Shown: piece by piece, positions 26,092 through 39,725 of the stretch | Layout: the number at the start of each line of letters is the position of its first letter | Position numbering within the stretch: the stretch's first letter is position 1 | Assembly (NCBI GenBank): GCA_032718475.1 | Contig: JAUCBJ010001431.1 | Location: 62,001-126,000, forward strand | Direction: 5' to 3' | Length of the DNA: 64,000 nt | DNA from: Nemertoderma westbladi | Taxonomy: Eukaryota > Animalia > Xenacoelomorpha | Position numbers and translations under genes: made by a program | Notes under the pieces: generated by a model | The model's database searches: none | Told to the model about the DNA's origin: nothing | What the model saw: only the letters and a program-made list of their open reading frames with translations

Positions 26092-27312
26092 ATGAGAATG
26101 CGGCTGTTAGCTTCATGGAGGGATCAGGTCGCTCTTACTTAGGTTATGCCGGAATATGCGCCACCCTCATCCCTCCATCGCCGCTGCGACCACAGATAGG
26201 TGATATCAAATGCATTTATATATCCAACGCATCGCCGCGGATAGAATGTTGCATTACGCAAAAGTCAGAATTGGTTGGAATATTTGTGAGTGGCCCACGG
26301 GCCAACCCCAAGGTTATGCGCTGCTGCATCAGCGAAAGCACAGACTATGGTATACTTCTGGATGACGCTGCGACAGGGACTTTCTTGGACGTTGAAATAA
26401 TTGGTACGGGGGTTGGGTTTGGGGTGCTACATGGAGCCAACCCAGTGATTCATAGGGCCCACATCAGTGATTTGACTGTGGGCATCTTGTGCAGCGATGA
26501 TGCGTTGGGATTGTTTCGGGACTGCAACATCCACAACTGTAGGGATTTCGGGATCAAGGTGAAAAATTGGGCAAATCCTACCGTAATTAACTGTGATGTG
26601 CATGCCGAAGATGATGATGATAATGATACCATTGGCGTGTGGATATTCAAAAAGGGGAAGGGTAAGTTCATTGCCAACAAAATTTACAACTGTTTTCAAG
26701 GAATCTGTGTCACGCAGTTAGGTAACCCAATCGTCAAGTACAATGAGATATACAATCAGCTTCACGGTGGCCTTGTTGTATGTTTAAGAGGACTTGGTCT
26801 GTATGAAGACAACTATATTCACAACAATAAAAAGGAATGTCAGCGGAATTTGGCGGCTCATGGTCACTGATTTGTGTATAATTGTAGTGCAAGGTTGTTA
26901 ATTAATTATGTTTACTGCATTAATTTCGGATATATGGTGCTAAGAAGGAATTGAGTATGGCATACATTTAGTATCAATATTCAATAATTTAATACGAGTG
27001 ATATTATTGATTATCAATGATTTCGGGCATTTCGATTGGCGATTAACATAGATATTATTAGTCGATTCTAATAATGTTCTTCAACTTAATTATTTCGCTT
27101 GATATTATTGGTTGATATAAAACATGCCCCCCTTGCTAGAGATTTTAGAAATGTGTTTTGTTTTTTATAGCATATCTTGTGCAAAATTTAATGGGGATCT
27201 CAGTAGTAGGCGTTTGGTCCTCTTTGTGACAGTTAGACCTCACTCATGACTCATCGCTTAGGAATGTGACACCTAGGATGTGATTGGGTTTCATTGAAGC
27301 CAGACTGTCTGG
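26092..27312 (+). pseudogene. Partial duplicate of the FBXO11-like gene (beta-helix half plus 3' flank; ORF 26115-26870)
   Basis: Near-identical to 21887-23107; three amino-acid differences; F-box absent. Confidence 0.85.
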
Positions 27313-27552
27313 GTGACACCTCCCAATTAGGCTAATTAGACCCTAATTGTCGGGTGTCATCAATTAATTAGTACATTTAAACCCTAATAGGTGTCTTACG
27401 ACTTCTATTTAGGGTTTAATTTATTATCCAAATTAATCAGACCAATTATCGACCTAACACCCTACTACTAGGATCGGCATATCGGACTGAATACGACTTC
27501 CTAACACCCAATTGGTCATGAGTGATGTCTAACTGTCACAAAGAGGATCAAA
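27202..27552. mobile_element. Polinton-like terminal repeat (second subfamily)
   Basis: AGTAGTAGG start; internal blocks homologous to 39732-40010, including the internal inverted repeat. Confidence 0.65.
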
Positions 27553-27712
27553 ATTTTGAGTAAATACAAAAAGAAAATCCCACCACCAAGTATGCCAGGC
27601 TATTTAGTCCCCAAACATATTTAGGTGAAGTATCCTCCTAGCATCACATTGTTCTTAGCCTAACCTAATCCGCCTCTCAAACTCCGGCTGCATCTTCCAA
27701 TCGAAGGAACCG

Positions 27713-29110
27713 TCACGACCGTCTCCGACCCCTGAGGCACAGACCTACTACCCGCAATAGCGCTATTGACAGCCGAGCCCTGATCCACCCAAGAATGATT
27801 CCAGGGGGTTTATCGCTCCACCCTTCCTTGGAAGCTATGTGAGACACCAGATGGTGAATAAAGTCGCTCCCTTCGCGGCCCCAGACACCATCAGCAGTAA
27901 CAGCAAGGGGGGTAAACGTTAATCGTAGTTGCTCACTAATTTGGGAATGGTGCTGCTTCTTCAGCCACTCTTTCTCTGTGAGGATGCTTTCAGTTGTGAG
28001 TTTACAGTATGAGGGAGCATCAGCGTTAACAACGCACACATCAAACGACGCATCCCTCTGCAGTGCCCACACACCCCGAACCAGCAAATCCGTCCTCACC
28101 CCTGCATCACCAAGAAATCGACCATCCCGAAGAACAACCTCCTTCTTTACTGAGGTCCCTCCCCAAGCCATCGCACAAAGCTTCCCAACAACATTCCTCA
28201 TCTCATCATGCCGGCGACATACAAGACCGCCCTTTTTACAGTTTAGGGCATGATCAATGGTGAAGTTGGCACCACATCTGTCACAGCGTGATGGCAGCTG
28301 CGGAGGGGAATTCCCATAACGGAGACACAATCCATCACGGAATGTTTGTGCAGAAATATCTGTCTGGTGAAGCAGAGATAGATACACACTCAACCAGCCC
28401 ACAGATTTCGAGTCTAACTACCGCTTCACTGTTCGCGCTCAGTCAGGTATCATCTCATTAAGGATCCTGGTCTGGATCTCTCCAACCCGCACTGCCTCCC
28501 TTTCTCTGGACTCCTGTATCGATTTTCTCAGAGTAGACTTGTGGCCTTCTATTGACAGTTGGGTTCTCCGAGTTAACGCTTCCACCACCATTGCAGTTCC
28601 CTCTCTTGATGCCTGGTATGCCCCATCTGCCCGATGAACTGGATCACGTAGACCTATCCCTCCATGGCGAATTGGCTGAAGGAGCAAGGTACAGTCATCT
28701 TGTGGAATCGCTATTCCAAACAATGCTGGTAAAAAAAAGCTCTACCAGAGCATTTTTCAGTGGGTGGTATTTCTCTGAAGGTCAACTCAACTCGGGATCA
28801 AAGGTACAATAAAGGTACATCCAATACCCACATCGTATAGTCCCACTCTGCTTGTAGTGACTTCAACATTGCAGTGAGTGACTCCTGGGGGTATGTTTTG
28901 GCAACCTCGGCCAGCACCCGCATATGATTTGACCATTGACTGATCTCATCATCCAGAAACTGCTCCCTGTCCTGTTCTGCTCTAATGAAACCACCTAGAA
29001 AGCGCCACCCAGTTACAACATTATCTTCCTTTAACCCCAGTGGGACAAATAATTGTTTCGCAATGTCCTGTAAACCATCCCTAACAACCAGTATGCACTT
29101 ATTACTTATA
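27713..29110 (-). pseudogene. CRE-like non-LTR retrotransposon relic (RT tail, CCHC, restriction-like endonuclease)
   Basis: GGIGL, GWL, FRDGLCLRYG, CDRCG..DHALNC..RHD, RTDLLVRGVW, FDV, FTPLAV motifs; broken frames. Confidence 0.8.
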
Positions 29111-30235
29111 ATTAGTTTTATATACTACTTTCTAAATGATGTCTTTGTTGACACCACATTGTTATGTTTAGCCCTAGGATATACTGGTAACTAATTACTC
29201 TTATCTATATCCAGACAGCTTTATCGTTGACCTTTGACCCCCAATTAGCTTTAACCAAGCAACAGGTTTTTAATAATAGTTGTATCCAAGCGCCCCGCCC
29301 CCTCTCGTGACACCTCTGATTACTAATTACTCTTACCTATATCCAGCCGTCTGCAGTTCTATAGTCTGCCGCTAGAGGGCGTATTATCTGAAAATTTACA
29401 TCTTCTCTAACTTTGTTATTTTCATTCCGATTAGTTTTAAACTCGGTAGGCATCTAACTACGGCATAGGCTATATCTTCTATCTCTATATCTATATATAG
29501 GGATTCGTTTTTAAATCAGAATCCCGAAGGAGTGTATTTTTGTATGTTTGCCTATGGAAAAATCGATTACAATAATGAAATTCGGAAGATGAAAATTGAT
29601 GCTTCCAATCGTACGAAAACCAATGCAATTGCAAAAATTTGAATAAGGAATGAGCATTATAAATTTACAAAAACCTGGCACTGAGTGGTATAGATGTAAT
29701 CATAGATATTTAGATTTTTTATTATAGAAATTTTAAAATAAGATATTATAAAGATATTTTTAAAAATCTGATATTCAAAACATAACTATTAATTATTACG
29801 ATGATAAGGGTTTTATAAACCAAGCGCCAGCATGGATTTATATATGAGATGCGAACTACAACCGTGTCACGTGCTGGATTTTGCTGCCAATGCTAACTGT
29901 ATGCAGAAATCTTATATTTTGTTCAGATTATCATTCATTTTCAGTGCATCTAATATTTGTACTTCACGTGTATTGAATAGCCCATAAGGTTCATATTATT
30001 ATATCATATATTCATATTATATGGTTCATTTTTGATCGGAGGCTGGTTTCTATACCACCAACCAATAAGTAATAGAACACAGCCTACAGTATGTTAACCA
30101 GTAACGATAACTAAAATACAGCTTATAATAGAGCATAAACAATGAACTCATTTCTAAGCAAGGTTGGTGACAGATGGTATTACAATAGTTACCACGTGAG
30201 GGGGGACTAAGTGATAATTAATAAGCAGTAGCAAA

Positions 30236-31105
30236 AGCCTGGTTCACAATTGAGACATAAAGAGATAAGTGATAACAGATAAGCGACAAGATATAAGAAA
30301 TAATTGATAAGCTATAAGCCAGGAGTTAAGAGATAAGCGATAAGAGATGAGCTATAAGCCAGGAGTTAAGAGATAAGTGATAAGAGATAAGCTTTTGGAG
30401 ATAAGTGCTTAGCGCTAATCTCTTATCGATTTATCGTTCACAATATAGTAAGTCCACCTACGCAAAATGATTATTTATTATTTACTTTATTTTATTTTAT
30501 TATTATTATATTTTTATTTTATTTTATTATTCAGCATCTTTCGAGTAAATTCAAAATAGTTTTTATTGGTAACAGTTTTTATCATCAGTCTACATACTGT
30601 ATCTCTACCTCCTGAGAATGATATCATTGAAAACTCAAGGATTTTGAAAACTGTCTGACAAAAGGCAGAGAGTGCGTCAGTATGTTATCATAGGTTTGAT
30701 TTTGATGCGTTTTATAATTATATATATGGCTTTCGCATTCTATTGGTTAATCCTTATCGCGTATGGCAAAACTTGCCCAGTCCTTATCACCAGCGATAAG
30801 ACCCTTATCGCCTATCGCTTATCTCTTATCGCCAGTTGTGAAGCCCTCGCTCTTATCGCTTATCTCTTATCACCAGTTGTGAACACATCACCATATCGCG
30901 TATTTCTTATCACCAGTTAGTTGTGAACACATCACCTTATCGCTTATCTCTTATCGCCAGTTGTGAACACATCACCATATCTCGTATTTCTTATCACCAG
31001 TTAGTTGTGAACACATCACCTTATCGCTTATCTCTCATCGCTGATTGTGAACGCTTCGGCTTATCACTTTTCTCTTATCGCTATCTTTCAATTGTGAACC
31101 GGGCT
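30236..31105. mobile_element. Harbinger-type MITE with GATAAG/CTTATC subrepeats; right half recopied at 38517-38927
   Basis: TIR AGCC(T/C)GGTTCACAATTGA; TAA on the right flank. Confidence 0.7.
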
Positions 31106-31913
31106 TAAGGTGAGTGTAGGTAAATGCCATGGAATGTAATAATGGGCAGGCAGGATATTCAAATATGGTGAAAGCAATAATAGGGAGGCAGTATGGTAGC
31201 GACAAGTACTAACTATCCCACGAAAACATTACTAATTAAAAAGTAAACATTAAATCATCAACAAACATTATATTCAAATAATATTATTGAGTTAATCCAT
31301 TCTGTATGTATGAAGATAGACAATTAGAATGTCAATGATTGTAATAATTATATAAACATACATTTAAAGTATAATTGCAAATAAAATTAAAATGTACAAA
31401 AGCATCAAAAATATTATATGGTAACAGTAACTAGGTAACAGTAACTACAACACGGAGTATTTGATGGTACGAGGCCCAGATATATTGATCCATTCAAAGC
31501 ACCAAGTTATCCTGGGAGCTTCACTTTCAATTTAGGAAATTAAGAATGCGAGTGCGATTGAGAAAGTTTTGAGATAGTTTCCAAATTTTTAACATTCATC
31601 AGCTTGATAAAAGAAAAAGTCTAATTATTATAACTCGTAATCAGTATTTAAAAATAACATAATATTACTGCCAAGACAAATAATTAAATTGGTCCATTCG
31701 GTATTCAGCTAACATTATTACATATCCCGACCCATTGATTCAACTAATTATCATTCGACGGCTCCCCTATCCTCTTTATCCGATCCAATAACCGGACGGA
31801 CGGATAAATCTATGGAATCCACAGGTTCCGGACTGGTACCCCGGACACAATGATCACCAGATGTATTCCTGGTAGGATAACGCTTGGGGGATGCGTAGCT
31901 TGCGAACTGGGTA

Positions 31914-34900
31914 AGTAGTAGGGGTTTGCATGGCTTTGCGACAGTTAGACCACACTGACACCCATTGGCACCACAGTGTCATTGGTGCCAGAGTGTCTGG
32001 GTGACACCTCCTAATTAGGCTAATTAGACCCTAATTGATTGGTGTCATCAATTAATTAGTACAGTACAATTAAACCCTAATAGATGTCTTATAACACCTT
32101 ATTAGGGTTTAATTGATTATCCTAATTAATCAAACCAATTGGCACCCTGACACCTAATGGCTATCGGTATTGTCTAACTGTCGCAAAGCCGTGCAAAGGG
32201 TGTCATAAGTGACACCTCTACCCTTTTAATTATTAGTATTTATTTATTTGTATTAAATTTTAATTTAATTAATTGTATTACTTTTATTTTATTTAATTGT
32301 ATTACTTATTTAATTTATAAATTTATTTCTATTTTTAGATTTACCAATAAATAGTTTTATTTATTGCTTACTGAATGACATCAATGATGGCACCACCCCG
32401 GCTGCTGGCTACTGCTTAATCTATTGCGCAAGTTTCAACTCATCCTCGTATCTCACCCCACAGTGTATACAGGTCCTATACTGGTTACTATTTTGGAGTT
32501 AGTGAAGGGATTAAACTTAAGACAAGAAGTTGCATGCAAGCTGTCGCCTAGGTTACCAGTTACCATGAATGATCCATTAATGGGGCCGGGATTCTGTTGC
32601 TGCGCCAGGATTGGCTCATTTAAGGAGGCTTTTTGGCCCCACATTCCAAGTTACTATTAATTGAGGGGGGGGGTGGGGGTGGTAGCGAATTTTCTGACCA
32701 AAAAGTCTAATTTTTGAAACATATCCTATCTGATGCAGAATTTCATGCTGAATCCAAATATGGAAACCGTTTTCCCATATTTAGTTTTAGTTTTAGCCTT
32801 AGTTTTCGAGATATCTGGGATAGAAGATACTGGCTCTGATATATCTTGATATCGGTAAATGCAATGAAGTTGGGGGTTTGCATTCAATTTCTGCAAATTT
32901 CTGTGCTCAGTGGTTCCAATTGGATGTCTCCACGAGAAAGAGCACAAAATTTTAATTGAAAAGGAATTTTTTTATGATTATTGGACCTACTGATCTGTTT
33001 ATAACACAACTTTAAGTTTCCGGAATAAATACGGGACTCGAATAAGCGACTCTGCGATCTTTGTGGGATTACGCAGAATAGACTTATCAGTCATCAGAGA
33101 TCTTCAAAATGTATAATCTCCAGTTCTAGTGGTCGTTTGAAGTTCGTTTTAGGCTCATTCGAAAGCTCTTTTCTCAGAGAATAAAGTTACCTAATTTACC
33201 TTAAGTTACCTTAATTTTATGTTACCGAATTAAGTAAAGAATAAAGGCTTCCACATAGAATCCTTTTGTTATAAATATAGCGTTGACAATAATCAAATTA
33301 TGGATAATAATGATTTCAATAACTGGTTTTCCCGCACTGTAAATCGTATTGATGAACTAATTAGTGCTTTTCTTTGGAACATAGTTTGTATCGAGCAAAT
33401 ATGCATCGAGATTGCATGCTCCCAATGTAACCCCTATTTAAAGGGTCATGGGATTAATAATTCTAAAATATTATTAAATAAACATTGTACTGTAAGCATA
33501 GATTGCCCACTGAGAGATTGTTTTAAATATGCAGTATAGGCCGTGGTGAATTATAAAAAGATTGATAGGAAAAAAATAATATTAGTAGAATATCAACTTA
33601 TATTCCTTTCCTAGACATGTTTTATTTTAGCACAATAACGTTTCCGGTGGACAGAGTAACTGGTATTCCTGCTTTTGAAAGCAAACCCTTTATACTGCAT
33701 CAATCTTTTGTTTTGGAATAACGATGAAACACTCTTTTTAGCGCATACTGTCCTGACAAAACTGTACTAGATTTACAATTTATTGAAGCCACAACCAAAA
33801 ACCCCAGTCACTACGTGGCCATTACCAATATCGATAGACTAATAAATACAAAAAATACTTCTATGGGTAACAAGTAGCACTGCAAGCGCCGCCTTTTACA
33901 CTGTCAACGCTCTGGAAGAACATCGCCAGCTTTGCTATACGGGTAAACGACAACTGGAATATATGCCTGAAAATCTCTTGGTCAAATTCGATCATTACGA
34001 TAAGACCCTATCCCCACCTTTCTGTTTATACACCAACATTGAAACTATTCTTGAACCTACAAACAATATTAAACTTCCCCAGAAACATTTAGCCAGTGCG
34101 GCAGCCTTTTACATGGTATCAAATCAGAAATTAATTAACCCCCCCAAAACTAATTCCCCAAAATATTCAGATTTTCTGTGCTGATGGAAGTAACCACGTA
34201 ATGTGTGACTTTCTAACCGCGTGGATTCAATAATGTGTGGTGCGAGTAATGGGATAACACCAAAACAGTTTCGAGATCATTATCCTTTCTTTATCTGGAA
34301 TCTTTCGCCTAGTGGCTATTTGTATGATGAAAAGAGACCTATGCATCGTGCTGATAACGCGAGGCTTGAAATTTCCTTTGCCCACGCTTTGGTAGTAATG
34401 ATCAATGTAATAATGTATGTAATTCGGTATTAACCGATCTCGGTCGATATTTTATTTTATTTACAATTATTATAATTATTAGATGGCCTACAACATTTCT
34501 GCGTATTTGTGCTATTGTCCATCTGTAATAATAATTCATTAAGTTCATTGATAGAGCAATGTATTTTATTAATAATGCAATGTCGTTGAGTTAGAGGTCT
34601 GCCTTAAAAATAATGTGGGTGGGATATGATAGAACAATAAATATTAGTGAAAGTGGCCGAGTAATTCAAATTCTAGAAAATGTTAAACTCTACCTATAAA
34701 TCGTCTACCTAATAAACAGAATAAAAAAAATGAGTTTGATATCAAACACTCAAGCGGCTCATTTACCAGGATGCATAACTTCGAATCATTATCCAATCGG
34801 AAATATTTTCTTTCGTTAGACACTAAGTTCATCGTAGCAGTTACATTCACTATCCTCGGTGGATGAATCGAACCATTTCAATTTGGCTACCTCAGCTGAT

Positions 34901-37900
34901 GTAAGTAGAATTGTGTCCCGAGTAGTGTTATGGACGAAAGAATGATGCTCCATCACCGTGCTATGTAATATAATTCATCCAATAATGTTATTGTTAAAAC
35001 CAATCATATATATAATATAAGCAAGTAAACATATATATATCATAGGCCTAAGTACTGACTACTGGTATGGGGCCACGGCTTCTTATAGGCCGTGGTGTAC
35101 TGTACTAACATACAGTCTGACAGTCCAATAAAAGGGGCGAGCCATGCATACCAAAGTGTTGGCTGATGCGGGTTCTATTACTTATAGTATAAGGCTACGA
35201 CACCCCCCTTTCCTTTGAGATCTCATTAAGTTTGGTGAGATCTGGTTACGTTTGTTAGATCCGGTTAAATTAATTCGATGCTTGTTGCGCCAAAGCGGAC
35301 AATAGAGTTCTTTTTACGTGTGCTACGGCGCGGTTGTACCGTAACCCAGTCGTCGTCAGTTTTGTCATTGGCTTCAGATGTTGTTGAGTCTGCTATCAGT
35401 GGTTTGTCGAACTCTACGTCGGTTGTCTCTTCAGGCTTCTCATGCAGAGGCCGTAGAAATCGTCGGTTTCTTCTCCAGGTATTCCCGGATGGCAGTTTAA
35501 CCTGGTAGTCTCTGTGTAGACCGACACTGGTGATGGTGCCTGTGCGATCCCACCGTTTCGGCCGATTAGGATTTTGAATACGGACTTTCATCCCGATTTG
35601 AAGGGGTTTGTGATCTCGAGCGGTTGCGTTATAATGGTGCGTTGTTTGATCCAGGTCGGCTGCGTGTTTGTTGCCCAGGTTACCAGTTACTTGCAGGTTC
35701 TGGTTGTAGTTGTCTGAATGGGACGGGACTCTCGAACGAAGTGTACGTCCAAATACAATTTCATTGGGAGATTTCCCATCCGCGCGGGGTGTATTTCTCA
35801 GCTCGAGGAGGCCGCTGAGAAATTCCTCGCAGTGAATGTCATTTCGTGGGACTTTAAGCAGGAGGTGTTTAAGAGTTTTCACTGCGGATTCTGCGTGTCC
35901 GTTTGATTGTGGATAGTGTGGGCTGCTAGGAACCCAGTTAATGCCCCACCGCTTGCAGAAGTCCCAGAAATTGGTGCTGTCGAATTGTGGCCCACCATCG
36001 GTTTTCAGCGTTGTTGGGACGCCGAGGTTGGGGAGCCATTTGCGGATGGCGCATACGACGTCGGTGGATGTTGGGTCGTGGTTCCACTGTGAAACTTCCG
36101 GGTAACCAGATAGTCGATCTGCGTAAGCTAGGTAGTGTTTGTTGCCTATAGCAAACAGGTCGGCTGATAGGCCTACTGATTCGAATGGTCGCTCGGGAAT
36201 GTTGTCCGAAAGTAGCGTTTCTTTCTGGAGGGATGGTCGGATCTCTTGGCATTTGTTACAATGTTTCACCGTACGCTCGATATGGTGGCTGATACTGGGC
36301 CAATAGACGGTTTGGCGGGCCCGTTGTTTAGTGCGGGTTGTGCCCTGGTGTGAGGCGTGTAAGCGTTGCAGGGTTTCAGCCTGGTGCTGGGTAGGGATGA
36401 CGATTCTATTCCCAAATAGTACGAGGTCGTCAGCTGAAAGTGCCAGGTTATTCGATATTGAGCGAAATTTGCGGCAGTAGGGTGATGCTTGGTTTATAGT
36501 TCTGAAATCAGCCCGTACCTGATTAACTAGTTCTTGATATTCGGCGTCATTTGATGCTGCCGTTTTCAGTTCGTTTATCATTGGGTCATTTGAAAGACTG
36601 CCCGATGAGTCATTAGGTGGCGGCAGGTTACGGCAGATGGAAGCGACGGTAATTAGGTCGACACCGAGTTCCATCTCTTCGTTTGTCGGTTTGTCGACAG
36701 GGGAGCGGCTCAAACCGTCGGCAATTCGGTGAGCCTTGCCCTTTTGCCATTCGACGCGGAATTGGTAGCAAGATTGAAGGTCGGCTTTGATGCGCTGCAG
36801 TTTATCGTTACATACCTGATCGACACTGTAGTTATTAAAAATGGTGACCAGGGGACGGTGATCTGTTACTACCGTAAATTCCGGTAGACCCAATATGTAA
36901 ACCCGGCACTTACTAATGGCGTATCGGATGGCAACGGCTTCTAATTCGATGGTTGCGTAACGAGTTTCAGCGTCGCTGATGAATCGGCTGCCGCATGCTA
37001 CCAGATTCCAGACAGCTCCGTGGCGCTGGAGTAAGTCGAACCCGAACCCATGGAGGCGGCTGGCGTCGGTTTCCAGCCGTGTTTCTGCTTTGGGATCGAA
37101 TGGAGCGAGTATTGGGGGTTTCACGAGTGCGTTTTTGACTCGCTGGAAAGCTTGTTGATGGTTGGCGTTCCAAGTAAACTCATTCCGGGTCCGGAGAAGT
37201 TCTCGTAGTGGAGCGGCTGTGGTACTGATGTCACTAGAGAAGTGACCGAGTTGGTTTACCAGCCCCATAAAGCTACGAAGGTCAGTAATGTTCTTCGGTG
37301 TTGGGTAATCCGAAATCGCTCGAATCTTATCTGGGTCGGCCTCAGTTCCCTGACCCGATACGATGTACCCAGCGAATTTGACCGAGGGTTGAGCGAAGTT
37401 GAATTTGCCAGGGTGGAGAGTTATTCCAGATTCGCGGCATTTCTGGAGTACGGAGCGAACTCTCTGGACGTGGCTATTGAGGTTGGTGTCCTCTATCAGG
37501 ATATCGTCAACGAGTTTGTGGACCTGTGTTAAACCCTGTAGGGCTATATCTCCTCATAGGTTGTAACTATCTCCGGCAGAGATAAAGCCCATTGGGGCGC
37601 GGCAGTACCGGTAGCGGCCCCAGGGTGTTATAAACGTTGTGAGGTCCCTGGATTTCTCATCGAGCGCGACCTGCCAATAGCCGGATTTTGCGTCTAATGT
37701 TGAAAAGATGCGTGCCCCTGGAGTCCGGTCGGATATTACGTCATATGGTGTTCTAGAATTATGGACGGTCCGTTTCACCTGGGAGTTCAGTTTTGTCAGA
37801 TCGACCGTCATGCGAATTTCCCCCGGTCGATTTGGTTTGTTACATACGACTATGGGGTGGCACCAGTCAGTTGGCCGGTCGCCAACTCGTTCGATGATGC

Positions 37901-38516
37901 CTCGTGTTTCCATGTCGATGAGCTCCTTGTGTACTTTTTCTCGTTGCGGGAATGGAACCGGACGGGCAGAGTTTACACAGAATGGCTCGGGGTTATCCAC
38001 CAGTTGAATTTTCATTGGCGGTCCCGCCATTGTTTGGAGGCGTCCGTTGGAGCTGAACACATCGTGGAACTCCTCCATTAGTTTAAGTTTGGTGTCAGCA
38101 TTATTTATCCGTTGTTCTGCGTCCACGGATATTGTTGAAACCACGGGGAAGTCCTTGTTGACAATACCCAATCCCTTACAGGTGTCCAGGGATATGTATA
38201 TGTCCCGCCCCATATCTGGGCACCAATAAACCCAGTCACTGTATGTTCGGTTACCGGTAGAAAGTTGCATATATGTTTTGCCGGTGCAATTCACAGATGT
38301 ACCATTGGCTGCGGTCAGTGGGCAGTCGGCTGATCCAAGTACGTGTTTGGTTGGGATGTTCCAATCTAAGCGGATTGTGTCACCAGCCGCTATAACTTGT
38401 GCGCCTGTATCTGCGATGCACATTTTAATCCCAGCCCACTCGCCATTACTACAAAATTCCACGGGGAGTAGTGGTTTCTGGCACCCAGTAGTAATGTCTG
38501 CCATCTGAATGGCGCC
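31914..38516. mobile_element. Duplicated left part of the Polinton with a 5'-truncated Gypsy (LTR 34926-35202)
   Basis: TGGGTA|AGTAGTAGGGG start; copy of 39732-46382. Confidence 0.85.
35265..38504 (-). pseudogene. Gypsy pol (protease-RT-RNase H-integrase) without gag; in-frame TGA at 37554
   Basis: DTGA, LDAKSGYWQ, LVDD, TDAS, HHCC, TDGGPQF and SNGHAE motifs. Confidence 0.9.
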
Positions 38517-39568
38517 GTGCGTCAGTATGTTATCATAGGTTTGATTTTGATGCGTTTTATAATTATATATATGGCTTTCGCATTCTATTGGTTAATCCTT
38601 ATCGCGTATGGCAAAACTTGCCAAGTCCTTATCACCAGCGATAAGACCCTTATCACCAGCGATAAGACCCTTATCGCCTATCGTCTATCTCTTATCGCCA
38701 GTTGTGAAGCCCTCGCTCTTATCGCTTATCTCTTATCACCAGTTGTGAACACATCACCTTATCGCTTATCTCTTATCGCCAGTTGTGAACACATCACCAT
38801 ATCGCGTATTTCTTATCACCAGTTAGTTGTGAACACATCACCTTATCGCTTATCTCTCATCGCTGATTGTGAACGCTTCGGCTTATCACTTTTCTCTTAT
38901 CGCTATCTTTCAATTGTGAACCGGGCTTAAGGTGAGTGTAGGTAAATGCCATGGAATGTAATAATGGGCAGGCAGGATATTCAAATATGGTGAAAGCAAT
39001 AATAGGGAGGCAGTATGGTAGCGACAAGTACTATCCCACGAAAACATTACTAATTAAAAAGTAAACATTAAATCATCAACAAACATTATATTCAAATAAT
39101 ATCATTGAGTTAATCCATTCTGTATGTATGAAGATAGACAATTAGAATGTCACTGATTGTAATAATTATATAAACATACATTTAAAGTATAATTGCAAAT
39201 AAAATTAAAATGTACAAAAGCATCAAAAATATTATATGGTAACAGTAACTAGGTAACAGTAACTACAACACGGAGTATTTGATGGTACGAGGCCCAGATA
39301 TATTGATCCATTCAAAGCACCAAGTTATCCTGGGAGCTTCACTTTCAATTTAGGAAATTAAGAATGCGAGTGCGATTGAGAAAGTTTTGAGATAGTTTCC
39401 AAATTTTTAACATTCATCAGCTTGATAAAAAAAAAAGTCTAATTATTATAACTCGTAATCAGTATTTAAAAATAACATAATATTACTGCCAAGACAAATA
39501 ATTAAATTGGTCCATTCTTTATTCAGCTAACATTATTACATATCCCGACCCATTGATTCAACTAATTA

Positions 39569-39725
39569 TCATTCGACGGCTCCCCTATCCTCTTTATCCG
39601 ACCCAATAACCGGACGGACGGATAAATCTATGGAATCCACAGGTTCCGGACTGGTACCCCGGACACAATGATCACCAGATGTATTCCTGGTAGGATAACG
39701 CTTGGGGGATGCGTAGCTTGCGAAC
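39569..39725 (-). CDS. Detached 3' end of the last coding exon of the unknown host gene (also copied at ~31751-31907)
   Basis: Removing the Polinton and one TSD joins ...DATQST to QFASYASPKRYPTRN...DRGAVE* in frame. Confidence 0.65.
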
